NCBI RefSeq assembly: GCF_030144855.1
Contig: NC_082716.1
Span: 67,952,001 to 68,016,000 of the forward strand
DNA from: Hypanus sabinus
Taxonomy: Eukaryota
Length of the DNA: 64,000 nucleotides
Direction of reading: 5' to 3'
This document shows, piece by piece, positions 1 through 12,200 of the stretch. The translations under genes were made by a program, and so were the position numbers. Within the stretch, counting starts at the first letter, position 1, and every line of letters begins with the position of its first letter. The notes beneath the pieces were generated by a model, which was not told where the DNA came from, made no database searches, and saw nothing but the letters and a program-made list of their open reading frames with translations.

Positions 1-1002
1 CCATACACTTTACGACAATATATTACATCAGCCACTTCTTTGCTCATTCTCCAAATCTAATTCCTTCCTTTGCTTCTACCTGCCCCATCCAGCTTTCTTT
101 GTATCACTCACTAGCTTAGTCAAAAAAAATTCAATTCCATCATCCAAATCATTAATGTGTAGCATAAAAAGTGGTCCCAACATTGACCACTGGTAGCCAA
201 TCAGAAAAAGCTCCCTAAGTTTCTATTCTTTGACTCCTGCCAATTAGCCAAAGCTCTATCCATGCTATCTTTCCTGTAACAGCATAGGCTCATAACTTAT
301 TAAGCAGCCTCATGTGTGGCACCTTGTCAAAGGCTTTCTGAAAATCCAAGTACAACACATCCCTTTTCTCGCCTTCTTGTTATTTCCACAAAGAATTCCA
401 ACAGATTTGTTGGGCAAGATTTCCCCTTAAGGAAACCATACTGGCTTTGGCTATTTTAATCATGTGCTTCCAAGTATCTTGAAACTTCATCCTTAACAAT
501 CAACTTAAACATCTTCCGAACCACTGAGGACAGACTAACTGGCCTATAATTTCCTTTCTTCTGCCTCCATTTTTGAAGAGTTGGAGTGACCTTTGGAATT
601 TTCCCGTTCTCTGGAACAATGCCAGAATCTAGTGATTCTTGAAAGATCATTACTAATGCCTTCACAATCTCTTCATTTACCATTTTCAGAACTTTGGGTT
701 GTAGTCAATCTGGCCCAGGTGATTTATTTACCTTCAGATCTTTCAGCTTCCCAAGCACCTTCTCTCAGTAATAGTAATTGCACAATCTTCTCCCCACGGA
801 TGCCTTCAAACTTCCAGCATATTGCTAGTGTCTTCCACAGTAAAGACTGATACAAAATACTTCAGTTTGCCTGACATTTCCTTGTCCTCCATAACTACTA
901 CTTCAGCATCATTTCCAGTGGTCTAATATCTCTCAGCTTTCTTTTACTCTTTATATAGCTGGGAAAAAAGTGTTGGTATCTTCTTTGATATTATTAGCTA
1001 GC
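1..1002 (-). mobile_element. Degenerate CR1-type LINE, RT region (left part of an element split by the Gypsy insertion)
   Basis: ORF 456-683 contains CR1 RT motifs (IFQESLDSGIVP, GNYRPVSLSSVV); CR1 sequence resumes after the Gypsy element at 3449. Confidence 0.85.
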
Positions 1003-1219
1003 TGATGCACCATCAATAATTCACTCTGGGACGTAAAGGCGAGATAATCGGCTTTTATTGACTGGAAGAAGGAACAAGCAGTGGTTGACCACCATACTAC
1101 ATCCTGGAGACTGAGGGCTGGGCTCAGGCCTCAATCACCTTTATACCGGGGTCTGTGGGAGGAGCCACAGGAGCAGTCAGCAGGGGGCATGTCCAGACAG
1201 GTATATGTAGTTCACCACA
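1003..1219 (-). repeat. 3' LTR of the Gypsy element
   Basis: Near-identical to 3232-3448 (about 10 differences by eye); minus strand TGTGGTG...GTGCATCA; contains TATAAA and AATAAA on the minus strand. Confidence 0.97.
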
Positions 1220-1223
1220 TTTA

Positions 1224-1233
1224 CCCCCCCTTT
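1224..1233 (-). other. Polypurine tract (plus-strand primer site) of the Gypsy element
   Basis: Minus strand AAAGGGGGGG ending 4 nt before the 3' LTR. Confidence 0.85.
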
Positions 1234-1423
1234 GTTTTAAAAAGAGTCCCCATGTGGCGAAGTTTCTTACAGGTTAAGTCTATCAGGAGGTCGAATTTGT
1301 CGCTGCGATCTATGTAGCACCGGCTGTGATTGTACAGGTGCCGGTGGTGATCGCACCGGAGACTGAGGCTGTGCAGGTTCCGGCCTAACTGGAGGTGTCA
1401 GCCCACTAGGCGTCAGTGATCCC

Positions 1424-3205
1424 TCACACATGTGCGAGGTGCCTGGTATATACGCGTACGAAACGCCCGGTATATGAGTGTCGTGAGGAGTCTGTGTAGG
1501 GCTTGGTGTGTGTGGTGTCACCTTGGGTACAGGGTTCATAGTTACCAGGGAGTGTTCGGGGGTAGTGTTCTGCTGCTCCTGCGGGCGCCAGGTCGCGGAT
1601 GGAGACCATGTCCTCCCGCCCATCAGGTAAGACCACGTAGGCATACTGGGGGTTCGCATGTAGAAGATGAACCCTCTCGACCAGCGGGGAGTATTTATTA
1701 CTCCTCACATGTTTCTGGAGCAGCACTGGTACTGGGGACGTCAGCCAAACTGGTAGGGTGGTCCCAGTGACAGACTTCCTGGGAAAAGAGAATAGGCGCT
1801 CATGAGGGGTGGCATTGGTGGACGTACATAACAGGGAGCGGATAGAGTGGAGTGCCTCAGGGAGGACCTGCTGCCATCGAGAGACTGGCAACCCTTTTGA
1901 CTTAAGGGCTAAAAGTGTGGCCTTCCACACTGTGGCATTCTCCCTCTCCACCTGTCCATTTCCCCGGGGATTATAACTCGTGGTCCGACTAGTAGCAACA
2001 CCCCTAGCTAGCATGTACCGGCGCAGCTCATCACTCATAAAGGAGGACCCTCTATCACTGTGGATATAGCAGGGATATCCGAACAGAGTGAAGAGCTGGC
2101 GCAGGGCTTTTATGACGGACGTGGTAGTGGTGTCGGGGCAGGGAATGGCAAAGGGGAACCGCGAGTATTCATCGATAATATTGAGAAAGTAGACATTGCG
2201 GTCGGTGGAGGGAAGGGGGCCCTTAAAGTCAACACTCAGTCGCTCAAAAGGGCGGGTGGCCTTGACAAGTTGCGCTGTTTCAGGATGGTAGAAGTGCGGT
2301 TTGCACTCAGCACAGATTTGGCAGTCCCTGGTCATCGTCCTGATGTCCTCCAGGGAGTACGGCAGGTTCCGGGCTTTCACGAAATGGTAAAATCGGGTGA
2401 CCCCCAGATGGCAAAGATGTGCATGCAGGGTGTATAGCTGGTCGAGCTGTGTGCGAGCACACGCTCCCCTGGATAGGGCATCAGGGGGCTCATTGAGTCT
2501 GCCAGGCCGGTACAGGATGTCAAAGTTGTTGGTGGAGATTTCTATTCTCCACTGCAAAATTTTATCATTTTTGATTTTGCCCCGCTGTTGGTTGCTGAAC
2601 ATGAATGCAACCGAGCGCTGGTCGGTCAGCAAGGTGAACCTTTTGCCAGCAAGATAGTGCCTCCAGTGCCTAATAGCTTCCACTATGGCCTGGGCTTCTT
2701 TCTCCACCGCGGAGTGCCGAATTTCAGAGCCTTGAAGGGTACGAGAAAAGAATGCTACTGGCCTGCCTTCCTGATTGAGGGTAGCAGCAAGCGCGAAATC
2801 AGAGGCGTCTCGTACTAGCAGCTCTGCATGCTGTTCCGCCGTGAGAGTTTTGCAGTCACAAGTTCGGACGAGTGTCTGTAGGGCTCGGAGAAATTCGGCG
2901 CCCAATTCTCCAGGCCACTATCGTCGGGTAGCTAAACGATGTCTTGCGTAGACGGTGTTCACCGGCCGCAGGTACTGTCTTTTGAGGGCGTCCAGTGCCC
3001 CTACATAGGTCAACAGGTCCCTGATAAATGAATAAACTTTTGGGGTGACCCTCGAGAGGAGAATTCTGCGCATAACAGCGGGGTCAGTTGCACGAACCTC
3101 CTCCAAGTATGAGTGGAAGCATGCAAGCCAGAGTTCAAAGGCAAGGGCTGCTTCAGGGTCTTGGGGGTCCAGATCCAATCTTTCTGGATGTAAAACATTT
3201 TCCAT
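1424..3205 (-). pseudogene. In-frame Gag(N-terminal)-RNase H-integrase fusion ORF, with one internal TAG at 2918-2920
   Basis: ORFs 2918-3205 and 1424-2905 share a frame. Gag-like N terminus; RNase H DASDFAL...SAVEKEAQAIV...TDQ; HHCC zinc finger (HAHLCH...CQIC); DDE integrase (VDFKGP, IIDEYSRF, HSDRGSSF, GNGQVER). Confidence 0.92.
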
Positions 3206-3231
3206 GTTTTAAAACTTCCAGTCAATAAAAT

Positions 3232-3448
3232 TGATGCACCATCAATAACTCACTCTGAGACGTAAAGGCGAGATATTGGCTTTTATTGACTGGAAGAAGG
3301 AACAAGCAGTGGTTGACCACCATACTACATCCTGGAGACAGAGAGGCCGGGCTCAGGCCTCAATCGCCTTTATACCGGGGTCTGTGGGAGGAGCCACAGG
3401 AGCAGTCAGCATGGGGCGTGTCCAGACAGGTATATGTAGTTCACCACA
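3232..3448 (-). repeat. 5' LTR of the Gypsy element
   Basis: Direct repeat of 1003-1219; gag ATG (3205) lies just internal to it; minus-strand TATAAA at 3369-3374 and AATAAA at about 3282-3287. Confidence 0.97.
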
Positions 3449-4230
3449 CTAGCTTACCATATTTCATCTTTCTCTCCTTACAGCTTTTTAGTTGCCTACT
3501 GTTGGTTTTTAAAAAGTTTCCCGATCCTCTAACTTCCAACTATTTTTGCTCTATTATATGCCCTCTCTTTTGCTTTTATGTTGGCTTTGACTTCCCTTGT
3601 CAGCAATGGTTGTGTAATCCTGCCTTTAGAATACTTCTTTAGTATGTATCTGTCCTGTGCCTTCCAATCAACTTTGACCAAATCCTCTCTTGCCTCTAAT
3701 TCCCTTTATTCCACTGTAATATTGCACTGATACATTTGACTTCAGCTTCTCCCTCTGAAATTGCAGGGTGAATTCTATCATATTATGATCACTCCCTCCT
3801 ATGGGTTCCTGTACTTTAAGTTCACTAAACAAATCCGACTCATTACACAGCACCCAATTCAGAATAGCTTTTCCCTTAGTGGTCTCAACCATGAGCTGCT
3901 CTAAAAGCCATCTCATAGGCATTGTACAAATTCTCCCTCTTGGGATCCAAAATCAACACCAATCTGCTTTTCTTTAATCTACCTGCATATTGAAGTCCCT
4001 CATGATTGTCATAACATTTTCTATCTGTCATTGTAATTTGTAGCCCATATCCTGGCTCTTGTTCAGAGGCCTGTATATAACTCCCATCACGGTCCTTTTA
4101 CTCTCGCAGCTTTTTAAACTTTACTCACAATAAGTCTACATCTTTTGATCCTGCCACATCTTTCTAAGGATTTGATTTCATTTATTACCAGCAGAGCCAC
4201 GTCACCTGCTTTGCCTGTCCTTTCAATAAA
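3449..4230 (-). mobile_element. Degenerate CR1-type LINE, endonuclease region (right part of the split element)
   Basis: ORF 3668-3922 has the APE C-terminal motif (TTKGKAILNWVLCN...GGSDHNMIEF). Confidence 0.85.
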
Positions 4231-7200
4231 AATCTTTCGTACAATAACCTCTGCTACTCCTTTAAAACATTGAAGTGGAAAACACCTAGATTTGGGAATT
4301 TGATATTTTGTGCCAATAGTTTGTTCATCATTGTTAATTTATGTTGATTATATGGTTAGTCCTCATCCTTGATTCAAAATTAGCATCAATGAAGTGAGAA
4401 GCAAGAGTCAGTGGCTCAAGTTGATCACTTTTATTTGGAATTGAGTTAGAAATATTGACTCTAACCAAATCTATCGCAACAGTAGATATTTAACTGTCTC
4501 AGATTTCTTCCTTTCAAACGCAGCATCAAACTCAGTCACATCATGGCCACGATTTAACATAATAATAAATCTTAAGCAATGAACTAAATCTGACACATTA
4601 ATCATTTTTAAAACTGATGTGGCCCATCCTTCAGTTGGTTCCCAGAGATGCTTTTGAGGGAAGACTATGCAAAACACGTGCAAGAAATTTGGTGTGTTTT
4701 ATCAGCAGACTGATGTGTTTTCACTACCCTATATGAAAGATAAAATCGGCCATTAAAACCATTCTTACTCTGAGCATGTTATCTAATCTCTGAATTTATG
4801 CATTCCAACATTTTGTATCCTGTACTAGGGGGCCTAATATACAATTATCTTCAGTACAAATTATTTTCAGCTTAGTGAAACATTCTTTAAAATGAGCAAA
4901 GCCAGGCGAGATTGGCAAAAAGATACGTTAAAACATCCTCCATTATGAACCTAATATTTTGCATGTAGCATCTGTTAGCTTGATATTCCAATGCTGAAAA
5001 TATATAAAACTTCATTGCTGCTTGTCCCACCAAGTTGTTGCAGTCCTGTTATACAAATTGGACATCACTCTCTGTTTCTCCATTGATCATCCAGCACCTC
5101 CTTGATGATAGGGGAAGCCATCAGGCAAACAGCTGAGTGTGAGAGTGACAGTGCAGATGTTTGCTTTGTATCACTCCCCCCACACTTGCCCTCTTTCCCA
5201 TGACAAGTTTTTGTGGCCTTGTGTTTTGTGGCCTTCACGGGGAAAGTTATTTTAAGGTCTAACTCTCTTCCAGTGATTAATCCAAAAATAAGTATAGCAG
5301 TCAGTAACACTTATTACAGCTGGCACTGGGAATTGTATCTATCCTTGCTTAATATATTGTTCAGGAGAAGAGCAGCCATAACACTATTTGAAATAGCATT
5401 TAACCAAATTTATAATTATTGTGAGGAACAACCAAACCTGGATGAAATGCAATTTCCTGCTTTTACTGGCTCCTCCTAGGAAGTGTCATTAGATCAAAGC
5501 ACAACCTTTGAAACCATCATTGAAGTGTACTAACTCTGTACCAACCCCACCTCCTCCACGATATACAGGTAGACCTTTTAAATGCTGGAGATAAGTTCCA
5601 GAAATGCATATATGTACCATGCTTGTGGCTGCACAGTAGCACCAAATCTGAAAGTTAAAGATAAACAAAATAGCCATATTGAACTGCCACAATCAATCAC
5701 TTGAAGTCACTTAAAAGTTTCTGTAAGGTTGAGACCTTCTTAGAATACTGCATAGTTAACATCTGGACCACAATCTGTTGTAAAAATCTATACTGGGTAC
5801 TTAACATTGAGGACAGCTGAAATTTTATTAAATTAACCTTATTGTCTACAGTTATCTTTTAATGATGGAAAATGATTGTTGTAAAGCTAACATAGTTTTC
5901 TGGAACAGAATCCTGTTCCTGTTTTGATACTGAAATACAGTTGATTGATTTCAGTGGACAAAGTTTCGGGTTGGCAATAACTCTGCCTTCCCTTGGTTTA
6001 CAGAACAAAATAGTTTCTGAAAGAACAGGATGTCTGCATCACTGTTTTTTGTTGATTAAGCATCTTCCAATTAGAATTTGGTTCCCTGTTGCCGTAATGG
6101 TCCCTTTGCTATTTGATTCATTGAACCATAGTATGATCATAAACTAGTTCTTTAATTATGAATGTTCTTCTTTGATGGCAGTATCAGAAAGAAATACCTT
6201 CCAATGATCATATTGCTGAAAGGATGTGAAAGGGGATAAGACATTTCAGAGCCAACTAGAAAGCAGCAAATAATTTTTTAAAAATGGGCAGGAAAGGGAA
6301 ATTGAAATCAAAATGGAACAAATTAGTTCTAATACGTTACCATGAGCCTCTCTTATTATCTAATGATCTACATTTGTTAAGAAATTTGCTGAGAAATACT
6401 TTCTTACCATTATGTTCAGCTTTCATCTGGTGTTCCATCCAACTGCACAAAGATAACAATTTGCACGTAGTAACTGCATTACAGTTTCACTGATTTTGTA
6501 TTGCGTGCATGTTACTTAACACACGTAACAAATCCAGCTTCTGTTCCTGCGGCATATAGGGGGTGATTATTCATTGGAGCAGGTACAACACTCATCAACC
6601 ATAAGCCATTGCTTTACTTCATTATTTTCATTGTAGAACTCAGAGAAGGCAGAAGTTCTAACAATAATTTATCTGGCATCTTCCAGTAAGTTGTTCACCA
6701 ACAGAAGAACCTTACATGTCATCCCTCACACAATATGGGCATTTCAGAAGTGGCGATTTTGTGTAATGGACTCTGAGAATATTAACTACAATTCAGTATG
6801 TGTCACTATCCACTTAAAGTTTAAACGGTCAAAAGCAAATTTATTATCAAAGTACACACGTCACCATATACAACCATGAGAATAAATTTTCTTGTGGGTA
6901 TTCACAGTAAGTACAAAGAAACACAATACAATCAATGAAAGGCCAGCACAATATCGACAAACTACCACTTCAACAAAAGACAATCAGACAATGTACAAAT
7001 ACAAATTTTAAAAAATAATCATTTATTGAATCCCATAAGTGGAAGTGCCATGAATTCAACATCTGTAAAACAAAGATCATCTGCAAACAGCACTCCACTC
7101 TAGCAATAAAAGTCCAGATAGCAACTGTAGAAAGCATGGATAAAGCACATATCTCAGGAACCAGCTCTCACTGAAGGCAAAAACTCTGTGGTAAAGTACT

Positions 7201-7339
7201 TCATTGCCTTTTAGGAACAAACACAGCCTCTGCTCGTCTGGAGAAAAGTGTTTGAAGCCCAAAGTCAGCACAAAGGTCTTAGTCATCTCGGCAGCAATGA
7301 TCCCACTCAGTAGTCTACCTCCGTAAGATGCTGAAGTAG

Positions 7340-8230
7340 ACCCAAAAGTTCATTTATTATCAAAGCATACAACTCTGAAATTCTTCTTCTCCAGATAGCC
7401 ACGAAACCAAGAAAGAAAAGAACAGCAGCATGATCGTCAACCTCCAAATCCTTCCTCCCTGCACAAGAAATGAGCAGAAACAGAACTTGCACATCAACCA
7501 CCAAATTCCCTCCCCACACAAAGAAATGAGAAAGATCTGACAAAAAGCACAAAATATCATAACTATAAGACCCAAGAAAGTCCATGGTCCAAATCCATAT
7601 CCAAAATGTAAAAAATCTGGGTTACATTCACCAGGTGCAGCGGTAGCTTCTCTCTCTAGCAGCCACGCAATCCCACCAGCGATCAAAAGGCGGTTTCTCC
7701 TCTCTGGCAGCAGAGTGATCCACCAGTGATCAAAAGGTGGTTTCTCCCCTCTGGTAGCAGAACAATCCCACCAGCGATCAAAAGGCAGTTTCTCCCCTCT
7801 CTGGTAGCAGAGCGATTCCCACCAGTGAGTAAAAGGCTGTTTCTTCTCTCTGGCAGCAGGGCAATCCTACCAGCGATCAAAAGGCAGGCAGCCGGCGCTC
7901 ACCTTCCACACTTGCCTTGTTGTTTCAATCTCCCTTGTTGTTTTAAATCAGCAAAGAATGGAAGCTTTAATCAGCAAAGTGGGGTTGAACATCAGCTTGT
8001 GCCCAGTTCATGGCCTTCTCACCACAAGGTTCATGCATGCTGCCTCTGCCTCCCGGAATCCTCTCGGAGACTGTAGAGCGGTGAAACACTCTAACTATCT
8101 CTAAACAGCAAATCACAGGCTTCCGCAGTTCCAGAATCACATTCAAGGTGAAAGACAAATGTAAAAGACAGAAGTGAAATATATGGTTTCATGGTCGATC
8201 CAGAAGATGTCGACTTCGGGAGCATTGTCT
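7340..8230 (-). mobile_element. Non-coding retroposed element with a Rex1-like 3' tail, containing a minisatellite
   Basis: Minus-strand end ...GCTTTGATAATAAATGAACTTTT resembles the tails at 42545, 54290 and 62035; no coding capacity. Confidence 0.5.
7667..7886. repeat. Minisatellite, about 4.5 copies of a 47-50 bp unit
   Basis: Unit ATCCCACCAGCGATCAAAAGGCRGTTTCTCC(C)CTCTGGYAGCAGAG repeated head to tail with substitutions. Confidence 0.9.
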
Positions 8231-8997
8231 GTAGGCGCCAGCATGAGGCGGCATCTGTAAAACGTTATGGAATACTGGATTCTGTGGCAAGTTATATGGA
8301 ATACAATATCTTTGGGGATTAAAATTTCTTGTTATTTACCTATTGGTTGCAAAATTCACCTTTCTAACTGTCTCAAATTTTACAGTAAATACTGAGAAGT
8401 TTTGGAATTCTGGTTTCTGTACAAACTTATAAATCTTAAAAATGCAACATGTTCAATTTCCCTGTGTGGGCTGAATATAGCATGCAATATAAAACTTTCT
8501 GAAGGTAACACTCTAGTGTTGTGACTTTACAAAAGGCAAATAGAGTCCAGAAATTCTCTCACAGGTCTTCCTTGTGTTTTCTGCTTGTTTTGAGCAAACA
8601 TCTATTACATCAAAAAAGCTGGACTTGGTGTGGTTTGCAACAAAAAGTGATCAGTTTGAAATTACGAGGACAACTGCATTAACAAAGATACTGTCTTTGA
8701 AGGATTACTAAATAAGTATACAGTTCCTTCTGGCATCCCAAACAATACCCACCATGCTATGAAGTATTGTCAGCCTCCGTGCTGAGGAAATACAGATCCC
8801 CAACCTCAATGGCAGGAGCCTGCTAAATGAGTAATTACAGTCTTGATGTCTCAAACACAATTGATGTCCCTTAAGTACTAATCTGCTCAGCACCAGGCTA
8901 GTAATTGGTCTCTTTACATACAAGTAAACACATGATTACATTTACATCCACTTTTCCAGATTAACATTCTATTCTTCAAAGTTTCGCATGAACGGCT

Positions 8998-9210
8998 GAC
9001 CAATCAATTTGCAGAGAGAGAGAGAGCGAGCCTTGCACAGGTCGGGGAGGAGTTTAAAAAAGCATTTCATGGGGCTCAGTGCATTAGCAGCAGACCAATT
9101 GATTCACAGAGAGAGAGAGACAGCCTTGCACAAGGTGGGGAGAAGAAATTTAAAAAAAGGAGCATGTCGCGGGGCTCGGCACATTAGCTGCAGACCATTC
9201 GATTCACAAT
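8998..9210 (+). repeat. Tandem 95-100 bp monomers at the 5' end of a CR1 element
   Basis: Units start GACCA at 8998, 9093 and 9193 (third partial); full units contain (GA)n, GCCTTGCAC, TTTAAAAA, GGGGCTC and CATTAG. Confidence 0.8.
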
Positions 9211-12200
9211 TCATTAGCAGGAGCAAGTAAAAGTAAAGCAGGCTCAAAGTGGAGTGGCCATTGTGTGAGAGGACCAGCATAGGAGCGGGAACTTGAGGAT
9301 TTGGTGAGGAGGTACACATAAGTAGCAGGCAAGGCTGTTGTAGTGGTTGAATAAAAAGTTGCTAAATTATAGCTAATCAAATTAAGTAGGGATGATACAG
9401 GAGCAGGTGATGTAGCTGCATGATGTGGGAGCTGGTGGACCCCATTGTGGTTCCTGGTGACCACATCAGCAGCAAGTGTTCGCCACTGGACGGACTCATG
9501 CTCAAGGTTGATGACCTGGAATCTGAGCTTCAAACACTGCGGCACATTGGGGGGGGGGGAGAGTTACCCGATTCTCTGTTTCAGGAGGCAGTCACACCCA
9601 TTAGATTAGCAGCCTCAAATCCGGTCTGTGGTCCAGGCGAGGTAGGTGGGTAGTGGGATCCAAGAGACGGTGCTGGAGGAGCCTCTGGCCTTGAGTTTGT
9701 CCAACAGGTCTGAGATTCTTGCTCCCTGTGTGGATGAGAGTGGGGGCCGTAGGAAGGATGAGCAACTTAACTGTGGCACCGTAGTTCAGGGAGCCAATCG
9801 AGGGGGGAAAGAAGAAAAATGTAGTGGTAATTGGGATAGTATAGTCAGGAGTATAGACAGAGTTCTCTGTCGTGAGGATAGAGTGTCCCGAAGGCCATGT
9901 TGCCTGGGTTCAGGACATCTTATCTAACCTGCAGAGGAATTTGCTGTGGGAGGGGAACGTTCCAGTTGTTGTGGTCCATGTGCGAACCAATGACATAGGT
10001 AGTATAAGGAAAGAGGTTCTGCTGAGGGAATTTGAACAGCTAGGGACTAAATCAAAAAGCAAAACTAAAAAGGAAGTAATCTCTGGATTACTAACTGAGC
10101 TAAGTGCAAATTGGCATAGGGTCAGGAAGATTAGAGAGTTAAATGCGTGGCTCAAGGATTGGTGTGGGTTTGAATTCATGGGAAATTTACACTAGTATTG
10201 GGGAAGGAAGGAGCTGTACCAATGGGACGGGCTCCACTGAACCGTGAGGGCACCTGGATCCTAGTGAATTGCATAACTATGGCTGTGGATAGGGCTTTAA
10301 ACTAAATAGTAGGGGGTTGGGTTCAACAGATTGGAGAAGTAGGGATAAAGTAAAAAGGAGACGTGTGGATAAAGATCAAGTAAAAGCAAAAGCTGAAAAA
10401 AAGAAAAGTAAGACTGGAGTGAAGAAAAGTCAACTGCAGAAGAGTAAATTATCACAAGATTTTAAAAGCACAATGAGTGGAAGGGCACTTGAAATGAATG
10501 CCCATAATTTTCTAAACAAGGTCAGTGACTCGTGGCAATAATCAGTACAAAGGGGTATAATTTAGTGGCCATTACAGAGACGTGGTTGCAGAGTGGAGAG
10601 CATTGGAAATTAAATATCCAAGGATATCAGGTAATACAGAAGGTTAGGCAGGGAGGTAAGGGAGGTGGGGTAGTGCTCTTAATTAAAAATGAGATCAGGG
10701 TGATAGTAAGGGATGATATAAAATCCAGGGAGCAGAATGTTTAATCCATCTGGGTAGAGATTAGGAATAGTAAAGGGGAAAAATGAATCACAAGTGGAAG
10801 TTGACTCTTGCCCACTGAATAATACCATTACAGTGGCACAGGCAGCAAACCGAGAAATATCTGAGGCATGTAAGAATGGAACAGCAGTTATCATGGGGGA
10901 TTTTAACTTGCACATAGATTGGGTGAATTAAGCCGGTTGAGACAGTCTTGAGGAGGACTTCATAGTATGCATCTGTGATGACATACTTGAACAGGATGTT
11001 ACTGAATCTACAAGGAAACGTGCTATTTTAGATCTGGTCCTGTGCAACAAGACAGGTAAAATTAGTGATCTTGTAGTTCAGGATCCTCTTGGAAAGAGTG
11101 ATCACAGTATGATTGAGTTTCTCATACAAATGGAGGGCGCAATAGTTCGATATAAAACTAGTGTATCATGCCTAAACAATGGAGACTTCAATGAGATGAG
11201 GGAAGTTCGGTTGGTGTAGACTGGGAACACCGGCTATATGGTGAGACGGTTGAGGAACAGTGGAAGACTTCCAAAGAGATTTTTCAATGAAATTAGCAAG
11301 GACAGTAAGGGTGGGGAGAGTTGGCCTTGGATAACTAACAAAATAAAAGAAAGCATCAAACTAAAAGCTCATGCATACAAAGTCGCCAAGAGTAGTGAGA
11401 AACTGGAAGATTGGGAAAACTTTAAAAAGCAACAAAGAACCACTAAGTGAGTAATAAAGAAAGTGAAGATAGATTGTGAAACTAAACTAGCACAAAATAT
11501 AAAAACGGATAGTAGAAGTTGTTATAATTATATAAAGTGGAAAAAGGTGGCTAAAGTGAAAATAGATCCCTTGGAGGACAAGAAGGGGGAATTGATATTG
11601 GGTAATGAGGAAATGGCAGCGATATTGAATGACAATTTTGTGTCAGTCCTTGTGGTGGAGGATACATCTAACATGCCAAAGAGAGATGTGATGGATGCGA
11701 TGGGAGGTGAGGTTCCTGGATACAATAGCTATTACTGAAGAGGTAGTGCTGAACAAACTTGTGGACCTGATGATAGTCAAGTCCCCTGGTACTGATGGAA
11801 TGCATCCCAGGGCACTGAAAGAAATGGCAGAAGTTATAGTAGAGGCTTTGTTAATGATTTACCAAAATTCTCTGGACTCTGGGCAGATTGGAAGATGGTA
11901 AACATGAGGCCACTATTCAAAAAAGATATAGACAAATGGCAGGTAACTATAGGCCAGTTAAATTAACACCTGTGGTTGGAAAAATGCTTGAAGCTATCAT
12001 TAAAGAAGAAATAGATCCATCACAGCACAAATTCAGCCAACGCAGGACCTGTTTGACAAATATACTGAAGTTCTTTATGGATATAACGAGCGCAGTGGAT
12101 AGAGGGGAACAGATGGATGTTACTTGGATTTTCAGAAGGTGTTTGATAAGGTGCCACATAAAAGCCTTATTCATCAGATCAGGATGCATAGAGTCAGGGT

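Larger units (their letters stand above)
1003..3448 (-). mobile_element. Internally deleted Ty3/Gypsy LTR retrotransposon with two LTRs and a 5-bp TSD
   Basis: 217-bp direct repeats at 1003-1219 and 3232-3448 with TG...CA ends; TSD CTAGC at 998-1002 and 3449-3453; polypurine tract next to the 3' LTR; RNase H followed by integrase (Gypsy order); protease and RT missing. Confidence 0.97.

Noticed and set aside
2918-2920. TAG between the gag and pol-like frames as a programmed readthrough site
   Set aside because: It lies inside the Gag capsid-like region (LATRR*WPGE, where Gln is expected), so a CAG->TAG mutation is simpler.
6637-6685. Possible 49-nt micro-exon (ttttcattgtag...gtaagt)
   Set aside because: Good splice-like flanks, but the length is not a multiple of 3, I recognise no homology, and there are no partner exons.
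7667-7886. CRISPR-like array
   Set aside because: Head-to-tail degenerate units with no unique spacers, eukaryotic context and no cas genes.
4230-8900. Exons of neighbouring genes known from human synteny (EXTL2, GPR88, CDC14A)
   Set aside because: No ORF or partial translation I checked here or elsewhere in the window resembled those proteins.
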